From an uncultured Nitrospiraceae bacterium (lineage in GTDB: Bacteria > Nitrospirota > Thermodesulfovibrionia > Thermodesulfovibrionales > SM23-35), in assembly GCA_963727775.1 (NCBI GenBank), contig CAVSHB010000002.1, positions 416,001-480,000 of the forward strand: a DNA stretch of 64,000 nt. Reading direction: 5' to 3'. Every line of letters begins with the position of its first letter. The stretch's first letter is position 1. The position numbers and the translations under genes are program-made. The notes beneath the pieces were generated by a model. That model was not told the origin of the DNA and made no database searches. It was given only the letters and a program-made list of their open reading frames with translations. This document shows, piece by piece, positions 40,559 to 50,918 of the stretch.

Positions 40559-41140
40559 ATGAATATAGGATTGTGCGGTAGCCACAGAACAGGCAAAACT
40601 ACGCTGGCGGAAGCGATTTCCAGAAAAACCGGGATGCCGTTTGTTAAAACCGGCACTTCAGAGGTATTTAAAGAAAATGGGTTGGATCCGTCCGGACCAA
40701 TGGATTTCAAACAAAGGATCTGGATCCAGCATAAAATACTGGATGCCGCGGAGAAACTGTGGCATGCCGGGCAAAAACAATTTATTACCGACAGAACGCC
40801 TTTAGATATGGCTGCCTATACCCTCGCAGATATCCAGGGGGCCACAGATGTAGATTTTATCGAATTGGAAAAATACCTTGAACGCTGTTTCAAAACTACT
40901 AATGAGTTGTTTAATATACTTGTGCTGATACAGCCGGGCATACCCCTTATGCACGAAGAAGGTAAAGCCGCTTTGAACGAGGGCTATGTCGAACACTTAA
41001 ACTACCTCATCCTTGGTCTTTGTAACGATGACCGCATTCAAAGCAGGTTTGTATTTTTAAGGCGTAATGTCACGGGTATAGAAGATCGAATTGCTTTGAT
41101 ACTAAACGAGCTTGACAGAATTAAGGATAAGAAGTGTTAA
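40559..41140 (+). CDS. P-loop nucleotide-kinase-like ATPase (AAA_28-like)
   Basis: GSHRTGKTT Walker A, ITDRTPLD. Confidence 0.75.
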   Translation: MNIGLCGSHRTGKTTLAEAISRKTGMPFVKTGTSEVFKENGLDPSGPMDFKQRIWIQHKILDAAEKLWHAGQKQFITDRTPLDMAAYTLADIQGATDVDFIELEKYLERCFKTTNELFNILVLIQPGIPLMHEEGKAALNEGYVEHLNYLILGLCNDDRIQSRFVFLRRNVTGIEDRIALILNELDRIKDKKC

Positions 41141-42195
41141 AGGATATTATAGGACAAGATAAGGCTATCGGCATACTCCTGAGAACTATCCAGAGAAGAA
41201 GGGTCCCCTCATCGTATCTGTTTGCAGGAGAATCGGGAATTGGGAAGAAACTTGCAGCTGTCAATCTTGCCAAGGCACTGAACTGTCTTGCGACTTTGCC
41301 TTCACCCCTTGCCAAGGAGGGGATTGAGATGGGGTATGACTGTTGCGATGAATGCGATTCGTGCAGGAAAATAGACCACGGCGTTCATCCTGATTTCCTC
41401 TTAATATCTCCTGAGGGCGGGCAGATCAGGATCGAAGAGATTCGCGCGACTGACGAAGTCCTTTCCCTTAAGGCATTTGAAGGCAAATATAAGGTTTTGA
41501 TAGTAGATGATGCGGATACGATGAACCAGAACGCGGCAAACGCTTTTCTCAAGACACTCGAAGAACCTCCTGAAGACAGCCTGATAATCCTTATATCATC
41601 AAACCCCGACCGCCTCCCTGATACCATAAGATCGCGCTGTTCGAGGATCAACTTTACCCCGCTTTCTCAGGAAGATTGCGAAGAAGTCATCAATAAAGTC
41701 ATTAATAGACAGAAGAGCAGAGTGGAAGCAAAACAAAGAAGAAGTGAAAAAGTATCAAAACCTCCGGTGCCTCCCGGACCTTTGGCTTTATCACTTATGG
41801 TGCGTCTTTCGATGGGGAGACCCGGTGTCGCGATAGCGGAAGGCCTCATTGAAGAAAGGGAATGGTTTATAAATCTCCTGAATGGGATGCTGAATGCCGA
41901 GAAAGACTCATGGGCGTCAAAAGAAGAAATGGAAAAATGGTTTGACTATTTACTGATTTTACTCAGAGACATGACGGTCATGAAGATAACCGGCAGCGAA
42001 GCGGGTCTCTTTAATATAGACCTTAAGGATTATTTGTATAAGTTAAGCAGTTCACTGGATGTAAAGGTTATAATAGAAAATTATCAAAGACTGAATATTT
42101 TAAAAGGATATTTTAATTTTAATCTGAATAAATCCCTCACATGGAACTATACAGGGTCTTTGTTGAGAAAAACGATTGGAGTCATAAATGCCTGA
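41134..42195 (+). CDS. holB: DNA polymerase III delta' subunit
   Basis: YLFAGESGIGK, CDECDSC, HPD, AANAFLKTLEEPP, TIRSRC. Confidence 0.93.
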   Translation: MLKDIIGQDKAIGILLRTIQRRRVPSSYLFAGESGIGKKLAAVNLAKALNCLATLPSPLAKEGIEMGYDCCDECDSCRKIDHGVHPDFLLISPEGGQIRIEEIRATDEVLSLKAFEGKYKVLIVDDADTMNQNAANAFLKTLEEPPEDSLIILISSNPDRLPDTIRSRCSRINFTPLSQEDCEEVINKVINRQKSRVEAKQRRSEKVSKPPVPPGPLALSLMVRLSMGRPGVAIAEGLIEEREWFINLLNGMLNAEKDSWASKEEMEKWFDYLLILLRDMTVMKITGSEAGLFNIDLKDYLYKLSSSLDVKVIIENYQRLNILKGYFNFNLNKSLTWNYTGSLLRKTIGVINA

Positions 42196-43048
42196 TGTTG
42201 TAGGAGTAAGGTTTAAACCCTGCGGGAAGATTTACGACTTTGAGGTCGACGGCATAGATGTCGGTAAAGGTGACCTTATTGTCGTTGAGTCCGAACTCGG
42301 ACTCAATATGGGGAATGTCGTTATAAAACGCCATACTGTAGAAGACCAGGAAAGAAAGCTGAAAAAAGTTATCAGGAAGGCAACAGAAGAAGACCTCCTG
42401 CAAAAAGAGGAAAACAAGAATCTTGAAAGAGAAGCAAGGGCCAATTGTGTCGAAAGAATAATGGCCCGGGGTTTGCCCATGAAACTTGTCAGCACAGAGG
42501 TGACCCTTGACAGAAAGCGTATTATCTTTTATTTTACCGCAGACAAAAGGATAGATTTCAGGGAACTGGTCAAGGACCTTGCATCAAAATTCAAGACAAG
42601 GATTGAGATGAGGCAGATAGGTGTAAGGGACGGAGCAAGGATAGTGGGGAACCTGGGGATATGCGGGAGAGAGTTGTGTTGCACAAAATTTCTGACAACA
42701 TTCGAACCCATCTCTATTAAGATGGCAAAGAAACAGGAGCTTGTACTGAATACCGGCAAGTTGTCGGGGGCATGCGGCAGGCTCATGTGCTGCTTGGGGT
42801 TTGAGTATTCCGAGACCTCCCTCATGGCTGAAAGCGATACCGTATCTGTTTCCGAAGAAGATATGGAGGAGGCAGTTGTCGCTTCAAGTGAAACACCGGC
42901 GGAGCCTGCCGAGCTTGTTGTTCAGCCTGAATTATCATTGCGGGAAGAACCGGAGCAGCCTGCCGGTCCGGAAAACAAAACGGAAAACAAACCGAAACGC
43001 AGGAAATGGCATCCAAGGAAACGCAGGAGAAAACCACAGACTAAATGA
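42188..43048 (+). CDS. ricT: PSP1-domain protein RicT/YaaT
   Basis: VGVRFK, RIDFRELVKDLA, RIEMRQIGVRD, GICGRELCC, CGRLMCCL. Confidence 0.92.
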   Translation: MPDVVGVRFKPCGKIYDFEVDGIDVGKGDLIVVESELGLNMGNVVIKRHTVEDQERKLKKVIRKATEEDLLQKEENKNLEREARANCVERIMARGLPMKLVSTEVTLDRKRIIFYFTADKRIDFRELVKDLASKFKTRIEMRQIGVRDGARIVGNLGICGRELCCTKFLTTFEPISIKMAKKQELVLNTGKLSGACGRLMCCLGFEYSETSLMAESDTVSVSEEDMEEAVVASSETPAEPAELVVQPELSLREEPEQPAGPENKTENKPKRRKWHPRKRRRKPQTK

Positions 43049-44622
43049 AAAAAAAGTTTTTTATTACCACGCCGATTTATTACGTGAACGATGTCCCCCA
43101 TATCGGTCACGCATATACAACTGTTGCTGCGGACATCCTTGCCCGATACAACAGGTTAAAAGGGAACGAAGTGTTTTTTTTAACAGGCACTGACGAGCAC
43201 GGGCAGAAGGTCGAAAAAGCTGCTAATGAGAAAGGTATGACGCCTAAAGAGCATGCCGATACTATGGGGGAGAACTATAAAAGCCTCTGGATGAAACTCG
43301 ATATTCAGAACGATGCCTTTATCCGCACAACAGATAAACCACATATGGAGATAGTACAGGCAATACTCAAACAGCTCTTTGAAAAAGGCGAAATAGAAAA
43401 ACGGTTGTATTCAGGGTGGTACTGCGTGCCGGATGAGCGTTTCTGGACGGAAAAGGAGGTCCTGGACGGAAAGTGTCCTGATTGCAAAAGACCTGTTGAG
43501 CATATCTCGGAAGAGAACTATTTCTTTAAAATGTCAAAGTATCATCAACAGCTCATCGACTATATTGAAAAGAAAAACCCTATGTACATCCTACCCGAGA
43601 CACGAAAAAATGAGGTGTTGGGATTTTTAAAAAATAACATTCTGGGGGACCTGTGTATATCAAGGCCGAAACAGAGACTCTTATGGGGGATACCGCTACC
43701 TTTTGATGATAAGTTTGTAACCTATGTGTGGTTTGACGCATTGCTCAATTACTACTCTGCAACAAAATATCTCGCGCCTGAATCTCAAACCTCAGATATC
43801 AAATCTGACTACTGGTGGCCGCCGGACCATCACTTGATAGGAAAGGATATCCTTACAACCCATGCTATCTACTGGTCAGCCATGCTGATGGCTCTCGAAA
43901 TGCAGTTGCCGAATAATATCTTTGCGCATGGATGGTGGACTGTTGAGGGCAAGAAAATGTCGAAATCTCTGGGTAATGTTGTAGACCCCCATAAAGTTGC
44001 AGACACATTCGGGACCGACCCTTTCAGGTATTTTCTTTTCAGGGAAGTGCCGTTCGGACTTGACGGAGATTTCTCCGAGCAGGCGATGGTGCAACGCTTT
44101 AATACCGATCTTGCGAATGACCTCGGGAACTTATTGAGCCGTTCTCTGACGATGATAGAAAAATACAGAGGAGGAGAGGTTCCCCCGCCGATCGACAGTA
44201 AAGACAGAGAAGATTTTGAAAAAAGAATCCAGGCTTTGTTTACGGATAAGGAGAGCGGTATTAAGCACAGCTATGAAAACTTTCTGGAGAAACTTGAATT
44301 CCATCATGCTCTCGGTCAATTATGGTTTGCAATAAATGAGGTAAATGAATATATTCAGCGCGCAGTTCCGTGGAAAGAAACCGACCAGGGGACTTTGTCG
44401 AATGTACTCTATACCCTGTGTGAGGTGCTGCGGCTTATTGCTGTTTTTCTTTTTCCTTTTATGCCCTCCACTGCGGATAAGATATGGAAACAGCTTAACC
44501 TTGAAGGAGATATATCCAAGGTAGATTTTGACACAGAGGTACAATGGGGGAGATTAAAACCCGGGATAAAGATCAATAAAGGCCCGGCTCTGTTCCCGAG
44601 GATGGAAAAAAAGAACAAGTGA
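43045..44622 (+). CDS. metG: Methionyl-tRNA synthetase (no C-terminal tRNA-binding domain)
   Basis: TTPIYYVN, HIGH, GTDEHGQK, KMSKS. Confidence 0.96.
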   Translation: MKKKFFITTPIYYVNDVPHIGHAYTTVAADILARYNRLKGNEVFFLTGTDEHGQKVEKAANEKGMTPKEHADTMGENYKSLWMKLDIQNDAFIRTTDKPHMEIVQAILKQLFEKGEIEKRLYSGWYCVPDERFWTEKEVLDGKCPDCKRPVEHISEENYFFKMSKYHQQLIDYIEKKNPMYILPETRKNEVLGFLKNNILGDLCISRPKQRLLWGIPLPFDDKFVTYVWFDALLNYYSATKYLAPESQTSDIKSDYWWPPDHHLIGKDILTTHAIYWSAMLMALEMQLPNNIFAHGWWTVEGKKMSKSLGNVVDPHKVADTFGTDPFRYFLFREVPFGLDGDFSEQAMVQRFNTDLANDLGNLLSRSLTMIEKYRGGEVPPPIDSKDREDFEKRIQALFTDKESGIKHSYENFLEKLEFHHALGQLWFAINEVNEYIQRAVPWKETDQGTLSNVLYTLCEVLRLIAVFLFPFMPSTADKIWKQLNLEGDISKVDFDTEVQWGRLKPGIKINKGPALFPRMEKKNK

Positions 44623-44691
44623 TACGAGGACCGTTCTTGACTTCCAAATAACCTCTCGGATAATATTAAGGAATTTAATTAATCTAACAAA

Positions 44692-45150
44692 ATGACAATC
44701 GCAATCGGCTGTGACCACGCAGGGGTCGAGCTTAAAAAAGAGATTTTATCCTTATTACAAGAACTCCAAATCGAGTGCGTTGACTATGGCACGGACACCC
44801 CTGAATCGGTAGATTATCCTGACTTCGGGGAAAAGGTATCTGAAGCCGTTTCATCCGGGAAAATAGAAAAGGGGATACTCATTTGCGGTACCGGGATAGG
44901 GATGTCCATCGTAGCAAATAAATTCCCTGACGTAAGGGCATCATTGTGCAATGAGCTTTTCACCGCAAAGATGAGCAGGCTCCATAATAATGCGAACGTC
45001 CTTGTCCTCGGCGGCAGGATAGTCGGGAAAGACCTCGCGAGGGAGATCGTCAGGACGTGGGTAAGCACTCCTTTCGAGGGAGAAAGACACAACAGGAGAC
45101 TCAAGAAAATAACCCTTATAGAGGACCGGTTAAAACGCCATGGTATTTGA
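44692..45150 (+). CDS. rpiB: Ribose-5-phosphate isomerase B
   Basis: CDHAG, DYPD, CGTGIG, HNNAN, GERH. Confidence 0.95.
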   Translation: MTIAIGCDHAGVELKKEILSLLQELQIECVDYGTDTPESVDYPDFGEKVSEAVSSGKIEKGILICGTGIGMSIVANKFPDVRASLCNELFTAKMSRLHNNANVLVLGGRIVGKDLAREIVRTWVSTPFEGERHNRRLKKITLIEDRLKRHGI

Positions 45151-46378
45151 AAGTTTAAAAGCCTCTGATCCTGAAGTATTTGACGCTATACAAAAAGAAA
45201 TAAAAAGAGAAAGAAGAAACATAGTTCTCATCGCGTCCGAAAACTATGTGAGTCCATCTGTGCTTGAGGTACAGGGCTCGATCTTTACAAACAAATATGC
45301 GGAAGGATATCCCGGTAAAAGGTATTATGGCGGTTGCGAGTATGCCGACATAGTCGAAACCCTTGCCAAAGAGAGAGCAAAAGAGCTATTCGGTGCGGAG
45401 CATGTCAATGTCCAGCCGCATTCAGGGACCCAGGCTAATATGGCGGTCCTTTTTTCCGTGCTTAAACCCGGAGATACGATACTAAGCATGAGCCTCAGCC
45501 ACGGTGGACATCTCTCTCACGGGGCCTCTGTAAACTTTTCAGGGATGTTTTACAAGACTATATCATATGGGGTCAACAGAGACACCGGATATATTGATTA
45601 TGACGAGGTGAGGCGCCTTGCGCTGGAGAATAAACCCAAAATGATCCTTGTCGGTGCAAGCGCATATTCAAGGATTATTGATTTCAAGATATTTTCAGAG
45701 ATCGCAAAAGAAGTCGGCGCATATCTCATGGCGGATATCGCCCATATAGCAGGACTCATTGCTGCCGGCTTGCACCCATCCCCGATACCTCATGCCGATT
45801 TTGTCACATCGACAACCCATAAGACCCTCAGGGGCCCAAGGGGCGGGCTGATCATGTGCACGGCAGCTTATGCAAAGGCAATTGACAAGATGATATTCCC
45901 CGGAATACAGGGCGGTCCCCTGGTGCATGTTATAGCGGCTAAAGCCGTTGCCCTGAGAGAAGCCCTGAGTCAAAAATTTAAAGACTACCAGGTTATGGTC
46001 GTCAAGAACGCAAAGAAACTCGCTGAGGAGCTGATAAAAAGTGATTTTAAGATTTTCTCGGGCGGCACCGACAACCATTTGATGCTCGTGGATCTCGCGA
46101 ATAAAGGTATCACCGGGAAGGATGCTGAAGAGGCCCTCGGTAAGGCCGGGATAACGGTAAATAAAAATGTAATACCATATGACGAAAGATCCGCCACTAT
46201 AACAAGCGGGATAAGGCTCGGCACGCCTTGTGTTACAACAAGGGGCATGGGCGAAACAGAGATGGTTGAGATTGCCGATATAATATCTTCCGTCTTGAGG
46301 AACAACCATGACGCCGAGGCGATTAGTATCCTTTCGAAAAGGGTAGACGTCCTTTGTGATAGATTTCCCATATATTAG
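45140..46378 (+). CDS. glyA: Serine hydroxymethyltransferase
   Basis: [33 protein letters not shown]. Confidence 0.97.
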   Translation: MVFESLKASDPEVFDAIQKEIKRERRNIVLIASENYVSPSVLEVQGSIFTNKYAEGYPGKRYYGGCEYADIVETLAKERAKELFGAEHVNVQPHSGTQANMAVLFSVLKPGDTILSMSLSHGGHLSHGASVNFSGMFYKTISYGVNRDTGYIDYDEVRRLALENKPKMILVGASAYSRIIDFKIFSEIAKEVGAYLMADIAHIAGLIAAGLHPSPIPHADFVTSTTHKTLRGPRGGLIMCTAAYAKAIDKMIFPGIQGGPLVHVIAAKAVALREALSQKFKDYQVMVVKNAKKLAEELIKSDFKIFSGGTDNHLMLVDLANKGITGKDAEEALGKAGITVNKNVIPYDERSATITSGIRLGTPCVTTRGMGETEMVEIADIISSVLRNNHDAEAISILSKRVDVLCDRFPIY

Positions 46379-46412
46379 GTCCTTTTAGACCTTCATACTG
46401 TAAGAGGCTCTC

Positions 46413-46868
46413 ATGAAATGTCCCTTCTGTGGAAATATAGAAGACAAAGTCATAGACTCAAGGACAAGCAGGGAAGGCAATGCGATCCGCCGCAGGCGCG
46501 AATGCCTTAAGTGCGCAAAGCGGTTTACGTCTTATGAGCGTGTAGAAGATATTATCCCTATGGTAGTCAAGAAAGACGGCAGAAGAGAACCATATGAGCG
46601 GATGAAGATATTGTCCGGACTGAAGAAAGCATGCGAAAAAAGGCCGATAGGGATGGAAACCCTCGAAGGCATAACCGACACCATAGAAAAAAAACTCATA
46701 GGACTCGGGGTTAAGGAGATCCAGAGCACCTGGGTAGGCGAAGAGGTTATGTCATCTCTGAGGGAGCTTGATAAAGTCGCCTATGTAAGATTCGCTTCCG
46801 TCTATAGGCAGTTCAAGGACATCAACGAGCTGATGAACGAAGTAAAGACATTATTTGAACACAAGTAG
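46413..46868 (+). CDS. nrdR: Transcriptional repressor NrdR
   Basis: MKCPFC, IRRRRECLKC..RFTSYE, VAYVRFASVY. Confidence 0.96.
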   Translation: MKCPFCGNIEDKVIDSRTSREGNAIRRRRECLKCAKRFTSYERVEDIIPMVVKKDGRREPYERMKILSGLKKACEKRPIGMETLEGITDTIEKKLIGLGVKEIQSTWVGEEVMSSLRELDKVAYVRFASVYRQFKDINELMNEVKTLFEHK

Positions 46869-46924
46869 TAACTTCTCTGATGTATCCGGACAAAAGTGTA
46901 CTTGCAATGCTGAATAGTGACCAA

Positions 46925-47686
46925 TTACAAATACAGCAGTCCCATCCCGCTGCCGGGATGGAAAGCTTTTCTGATGGCATGACCTACAAATTCCTTTGCC
47001 TTCCTGACCGATTCGAGCGGAGAGTGGCCGAGTGCAAGCGAGGCTGTGACGGCAGCAGAAAATGCGCATCCGGTGCCGTGGTATTCACCTTTTAATTTTT
47101 CGCCTTCAATAGGATAAAACTCTCCGTCATAATAAAGATCAAGTGCTATTTCCCTAAGGTGGCCTCCTGTGATTACAACAATGTCCGGCCCCATTTTCTT
47201 CAGCGTCCTGGCAGCTTCTTGCATACTGTTTTCATCTTCAATCATGACGCCTGTTAGGACAGATGCTTCATAAATATTCGGGGTGATTACTCTCGAAAAT
47301 GGGAAAAGTCTTTCCCGTATCGAATCTAATGTCCCATCATCAACGAGACTCATGCCGGATGAAGAAACAGTCACAGGATCAATGACAAGGTTTTTTAATG
47401 AATATTCCGTGATCATATCAGCGATTATCTCAACAGCCCACACACTGAAAAGCATCCCTGTCTTTAATGCGTCAGGCTTGATATCGGAAAGGAGTATATG
47501 CAACTGTTTTTCGAGGGTATTTCTATCGACAGGAAAGACTGAATCAACGCCTTCCGTGTTTTGCGCTGTAATAGCGGATGCGGCAGAAAGTCCGTGGACA
47601 TTAAAAGCCCTGAAGACTTTCAAGTCCGCCTGCAGCCCGGCCCCACCCGTTGGATCGGAACCCGCAATGGTGAGCGCCGTCTTCAT
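46925..47686 (-). CDS. thiD: Hydroxymethylpyrimidine/phosphomethylpyrimidine kinase
   Basis: LTIAGSDPTGGAGLQADLK, TPNIYEA, HGTGC. Confidence 0.93.
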   Translation of the reverse strand: MKTALTIAGSDPTGGAGLQADLKVFRAFNVHGLSAASAITAQNTEGVDSVFPVDRNTLEKQLHILLSDIKPDALKTGMLFSVWAVEIIADMITEYSLKNLVIDPVTVSSSGMSLVDDGTLDSIRERLFPFSRVITPNIYEASVLTGVMIEDENSMQEAARTLKKMGPDIVVITGGHLREIALDLYYDGEFYPIEGEKLKGEYHGTGCAFSAAVTASLALGHSPLESVRKAKEFVGHAIRKAFHPGSGMGLLYL

Positions 47687-48969
47687 TTCTTTTTCTTTAA
47701 AGCGCGCTCTACTGTCCTTATCGCGCAGAACTCTCCGCACATGCTGCAAACATCTTGTTCTGCCGGCGGCACTTCAGATCGCCATTGCTTTACGCGTTCC
47801 GGATTAAAACTCAATCCGATCTGCCCGTTCCAGTCGAGGTTTTTCCTGCACTCCGCCATCTTTCTGTCAAGTTCCACGGCTCCATGGACGCCTTTTGCAA
47901 TATCTGCAGCATGCGCCGCTATTTTTGAGGCAATAAGACCTTCTTTCACATCTTCGATATTCGGGAGCCTGATATGCTCAGCCGGGGTCACATAGCAAAG
48001 GAAATCGGCGCCCGCAGCGCCTGCGATTGCGCCTCCTATGGCTGCCGTTATATGGTCATAACCCATCCCGAGGTCGGTAACCAACGGGCCGAGAACATAA
48101 AAAGGCGCGCCTTTGCATACCTCCTTCTGGAGTTTGATATTCAATTCAACCTGGTTTAACGGGACATGCCCCGGTCCCTCGATGATTACCTGTACCCCTG
48201 CTTCGAGCGCCCTGTCCCTTAGTTCCCCGATAGTCAGCAATTCCTCTATCTGGCTTCTGTCTGTAGCATCTGCAAGGCAGCCGGGACGCAGCCCATCTCC
48301 GAGGCTCAGTGTTATATCATGTTTTTTTGCAATCTCCAGCAATCTGTCATAATGCTCGTATAAAGGGTTCTCTCTGTCGTTATAGACCATCCATTCAAGA
48401 AGGAATGAGCCGCCCCGACTTACAATATCGAGTACCCTCCCTTCGTCTTTAAGCCTTTCAACCGCTCTATTTGTTAGTCCGCAATGCACTGTAATGAAAT
48501 CAACCCCTTCTTCAACCTGCCGCTCTATAACACTGAACATATCGTCAGCCGTCATCTTTGAGATTGTACCGTACGTTTCAGCAGCAATAATTGCGGCCTC
48601 GTATATCGGAACTGTCCCGACTGATATGGGGGACTTTCTGAGCAATAGCTTCCTGAGGTCCTTAATCGGCCCGCCTGTCGAGAGGTCCATAACAGCATCG
48701 GCGCCGTATCTTACGAGGACATCGAGTTTTTCCATTTCGTCATCAAAAGAAATTTTGTCCTTTGATGTCCCTATATTTGCATTGACCTTTGTCTTCAATC
48801 CTCTGCCGATGCCGATGGGTTTTATAGTACGGCTTTTATTAATTGGAATTACAACCAGACCGGCAGAAATATCTGAGGCAAGTCTTTCAGGCGATACCCC
48901 TTCGGAGAGGGCAACCTTTGTTATCTCATCGGTAATAATACCTTTCCTTGCTGTTTCTATCCTTGTCAT
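47683..48969 (-). CDS. thiC: Phosphomethylpyrimidine synthase
   Basis: TKVNANIG, MDLSTGG, SRGGS, EGPGH, CSMCGEFC. Confidence 0.95.
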   Translation of the reverse strand: MTRIETARKGIITDEITKVALSEGVSPERLASDISAGLVVIPINKSRTIKPIGIGRGLKTKVNANIGTSKDKISFDDEMEKLDVLVRYGADAVMDLSTGGPIKDLRKLLLRKSPISVGTVPIYEAAIIAAETYGTISKMTADDMFSVIERQVEEGVDFITVHCGLTNRAVERLKDEGRVLDIVSRGGSFLLEWMVYNDRENPLYEHYDRLLEIAKKHDITLSLGDGLRPGCLADATDRSQIEELLTIGELRDRALEAGVQVIIEGPGHVPLNQVELNIKLQKEVCKGAPFYVLGPLVTDLGMGYDHITAAIGGAIAGAAGADFLCYVTPAEHIRLPNIEDVKEGLIASKIAAHAADIAKGVHGAVELDRKMAECRKNLDWNGQIGLSFNPERVKQWRSEVPPAEQDVCSMCGEFCAIRTVERALKKKK

Positions 48970-49610
48970 TTCAGCAACCTCAAAAATTCCTCCGTTGTTT
49001 TTTTGATATTTTTTGTTGAAAATATCGCAGAGATTATCGCGACCCCATCAGCCCCGGCATCAGTCAATTCTCTAACCCGATCAGGTTTTATTCCCCCAAT
49101 CGCAAAGACAGGAATGGAAACATTGGACTTTGTTTCCCTGAGGACATCAATACCGATTGGATCACCGTATCTGAGCTTGGAAGGAGTCTTGTAAATGGGG
49201 CCGAGGGTTATAAAATTTGCGCCGTCTTTTTCCGCGTCGGACGCTTCACGAACGCTGTGTGCCGAGAGGCCGATCAGCAGATTATCACCGGATAATTTCC
49301 TGACTGCATGCGCCGGCATGCTGTTCTGTCCAAGATGGACCCCATCTGCTTTAACAGACAGAGCGACGTCGACCCTGTCGTTGATAAACAATTTTGCTCC
49401 GTATTCATTTGTCAATTCTCTCATCCACACCGCCATTCCAAGGAGTTCTTTTGTTGATAGATCTTTTTCCCTTAACTGGATATATTGAGCGCCTGCCTCA
49501 ATCGCACTCTCAACTGCAAGGTACATCGAACACTGGGTAGTAAACAGTCTCCGGTCGGTTATCAAATAAAGTTTACGTCCGGACTTTGACCTGCAACTTT
49601 CAGTTTTCAA
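48966..49610 (-). CDS. thiE: Thiamine-phosphate synthase family (ThiE or TenI-like paralogue)
   Basis: LYLITDR, QLREKD, INDRVD, GVHLG, TPSK, AIGGI. Confidence 0.75.
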   Translation of the reverse strand: MKTESCRSKSGRKLYLITDRRLFTTQCSMYLAVESAIEAGAQYIQLREKDLSTKELLGMAVWMRELTNEYGAKLFINDRVDVALSVKADGVHLGQNSMPAHAVRKLSGDNLLIGLSAHSVREASDAEKDGANFITLGPIYKTPSKLRYGDPIGIDVLRETKSNVSIPVFAIGGIKPDRVRELTDAGADGVAIISAIFSTKNIKKTTEEFLRLLK

Positions 49611-49630
49611 CTCTTTTACTTCCCACTTTG

Positions 49631-50401
49631 TTACAGCATCCCCTCAATAGGGCTGCTTGCTGTGGCATAAAGCTTTTTAGGGATCCTTCCCGCTCTATAT
49701 GCGAGCCTTCCAGCAATGACGGCATGTTTCATTGCCTCTGCCATCGCGACCGGATCTTTTGCACCGGCAATCCCGGTATTGATCAGTACAGCATCACACC
49801 CGAGCTCCATCGCTATTGTCGCGTCAGATGCGGTTCCAACACCTGCGTCAACAATAATGGGCAACTGCACCGTTTCAAGGATTATCCTTATATTGAAAGG
49901 ATTTCTTATGCCGAGCCCTGAACCGATGGGCGCGCCAAGCGGCATGACCGCGGCGGCGCCGGCGTTCTCAAGCCTTTTTGCCATGATGGGGTCGTCATTT
50001 GAATAGGGGAGCACTATAAAACCTTCTTTTGCAAGAATCTCGGTCGCCTGCAGAAGTCCCCATGTATCGGGGAACAATGTTTTTTCATCTCCGATCACTT
50101 CAAGTTTTATAAGGTCTGAAATACCGGCTTCTCTTGCAAGCCGTGAATATCTCAAGGCGTCTTCCACCGTATAGCAGCCCGCAGTATTAGGCAGTATCTT
50201 GTATTTCCTGGGGTCAATATAATCAAGCAGGTTTTCAGACTTTCTGTCCAGGATATTAACTCTCCTGACGGCAACAGTCACAACATCCGCACCGGAAGCC
50301 TCAACAGCCTTTTTTGTTTCTTCAAAATCCTTATACTTCCCTGTTCCGACCCAGAGCCGTGACTGAAATTCAATCCCTTTTATGATCAGTTTATCGTCCA
50401 T
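49631..50401 (-). CDS. thiG: Thiazole synthase
   Basis: [32 protein letters not shown]. Confidence 0.96.
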   Translation of the reverse strand: MDDKLIIKGIEFQSRLWVGTGKYKDFEETKKAVEASGADVVTVAVRRVNILDRKSENLLDYIDPRKYKILPNTAGCYTVEDALRYSRLAREAGISDLIKLEVIGDEKTLFPDTWGLLQATEILAKEGFIVLPYSNDDPIMAKRLENAGAAAVMPLGAPIGSGLGIRNPFNIRIILETVQLPIIVDAGVGTASDATIAMELGCDAVLINTGIAGAKDPVAMAEAMKHAVIAGRLAYRAGRIPKKLYATASSPIEGML

Positions 50402-50416
50402 AATATTTCTTTAGAA

Positions 50417-50617
50417 TTATCCCCCTCCGACAAAATTTACTATCTCGACCTTGTCTCCTTCATGCAGTCTGTATGTTGAGTAGTTTGTCTTTTTAATGAT
50501 AGATAAGTTTACTTCAACAGCAACAAGACCCGGATTGACATCGATCTCCCGAAGAAGCTCCAGCACCGTTTCCGTATTTGCAGCCTCGACTATTTCTCCG
50601 TTTATTGTAAGTCTCAT
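50417..50617 (-). CDS. thiS: Sulfur carrier protein ThiS
   Basis: 66 aa, VAVEVN, C-terminal VNFVGGG. Confidence 0.93.
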   Translation of the reverse strand: MRLTINGEIVEAANTETVLELLREIDVNPGLVAVEVNLSIIKKTNYSTYRLHEGDKVEIVNFVGGG

Positions 50618-50678
50618 AAAACAAAAAACCGCATCCTTGTCAGCCCCGACTGATCCGCGGTGGCGGAAAGGATACGGT
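50618..50678 (-). terminator. Riboswitch expression-platform terminator
   Basis: ACCGTATCCTT/AAGGATGCGGT stem followed by TTTTTGTTTT directly before the thiS ATG. Confidence 0.7.
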
Positions 50679-50684
50679 CGTCTT

Positions 50685-50778
50685 CCCATTTCCTCCGTCG
50701 GCATTACCCGTATCAGGTTCGCGGGGTCTCTTCACTATTAATAGAAGACTCTCAGGCTTTGGGCCTCCCCCAGGGTTC
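50685..50778 (-). ncRNA. TPP riboswitch aptamer
   Basis: Minus strand GGGG..CTGAGA..ACCC..GAACCTGAT..GGTAATGCC..CGGAGGAA upstream of thiSGECD. Confidence 0.93.
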
Positions 50779-50918
50779 AACTTAAGTATAAATGAGGGTT
50801 TTCATCGAAGTCAACGGGCGGACAGCGTTATAACCGCTCCCAAAAACAAAAAAGGAGGCGGTTGATGATCAGTTTGTGAGCAAAATGGGGCAAAGACCAT
50901 ATAGCTTGGAATCGGAAT

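Noticed and set aside
50618..50704. Upstream extension of thiS to 95 aa
   Set aside because: The extension overlaps the riboswitch and terminator; 66 aa from ATG 50617 fits ThiS
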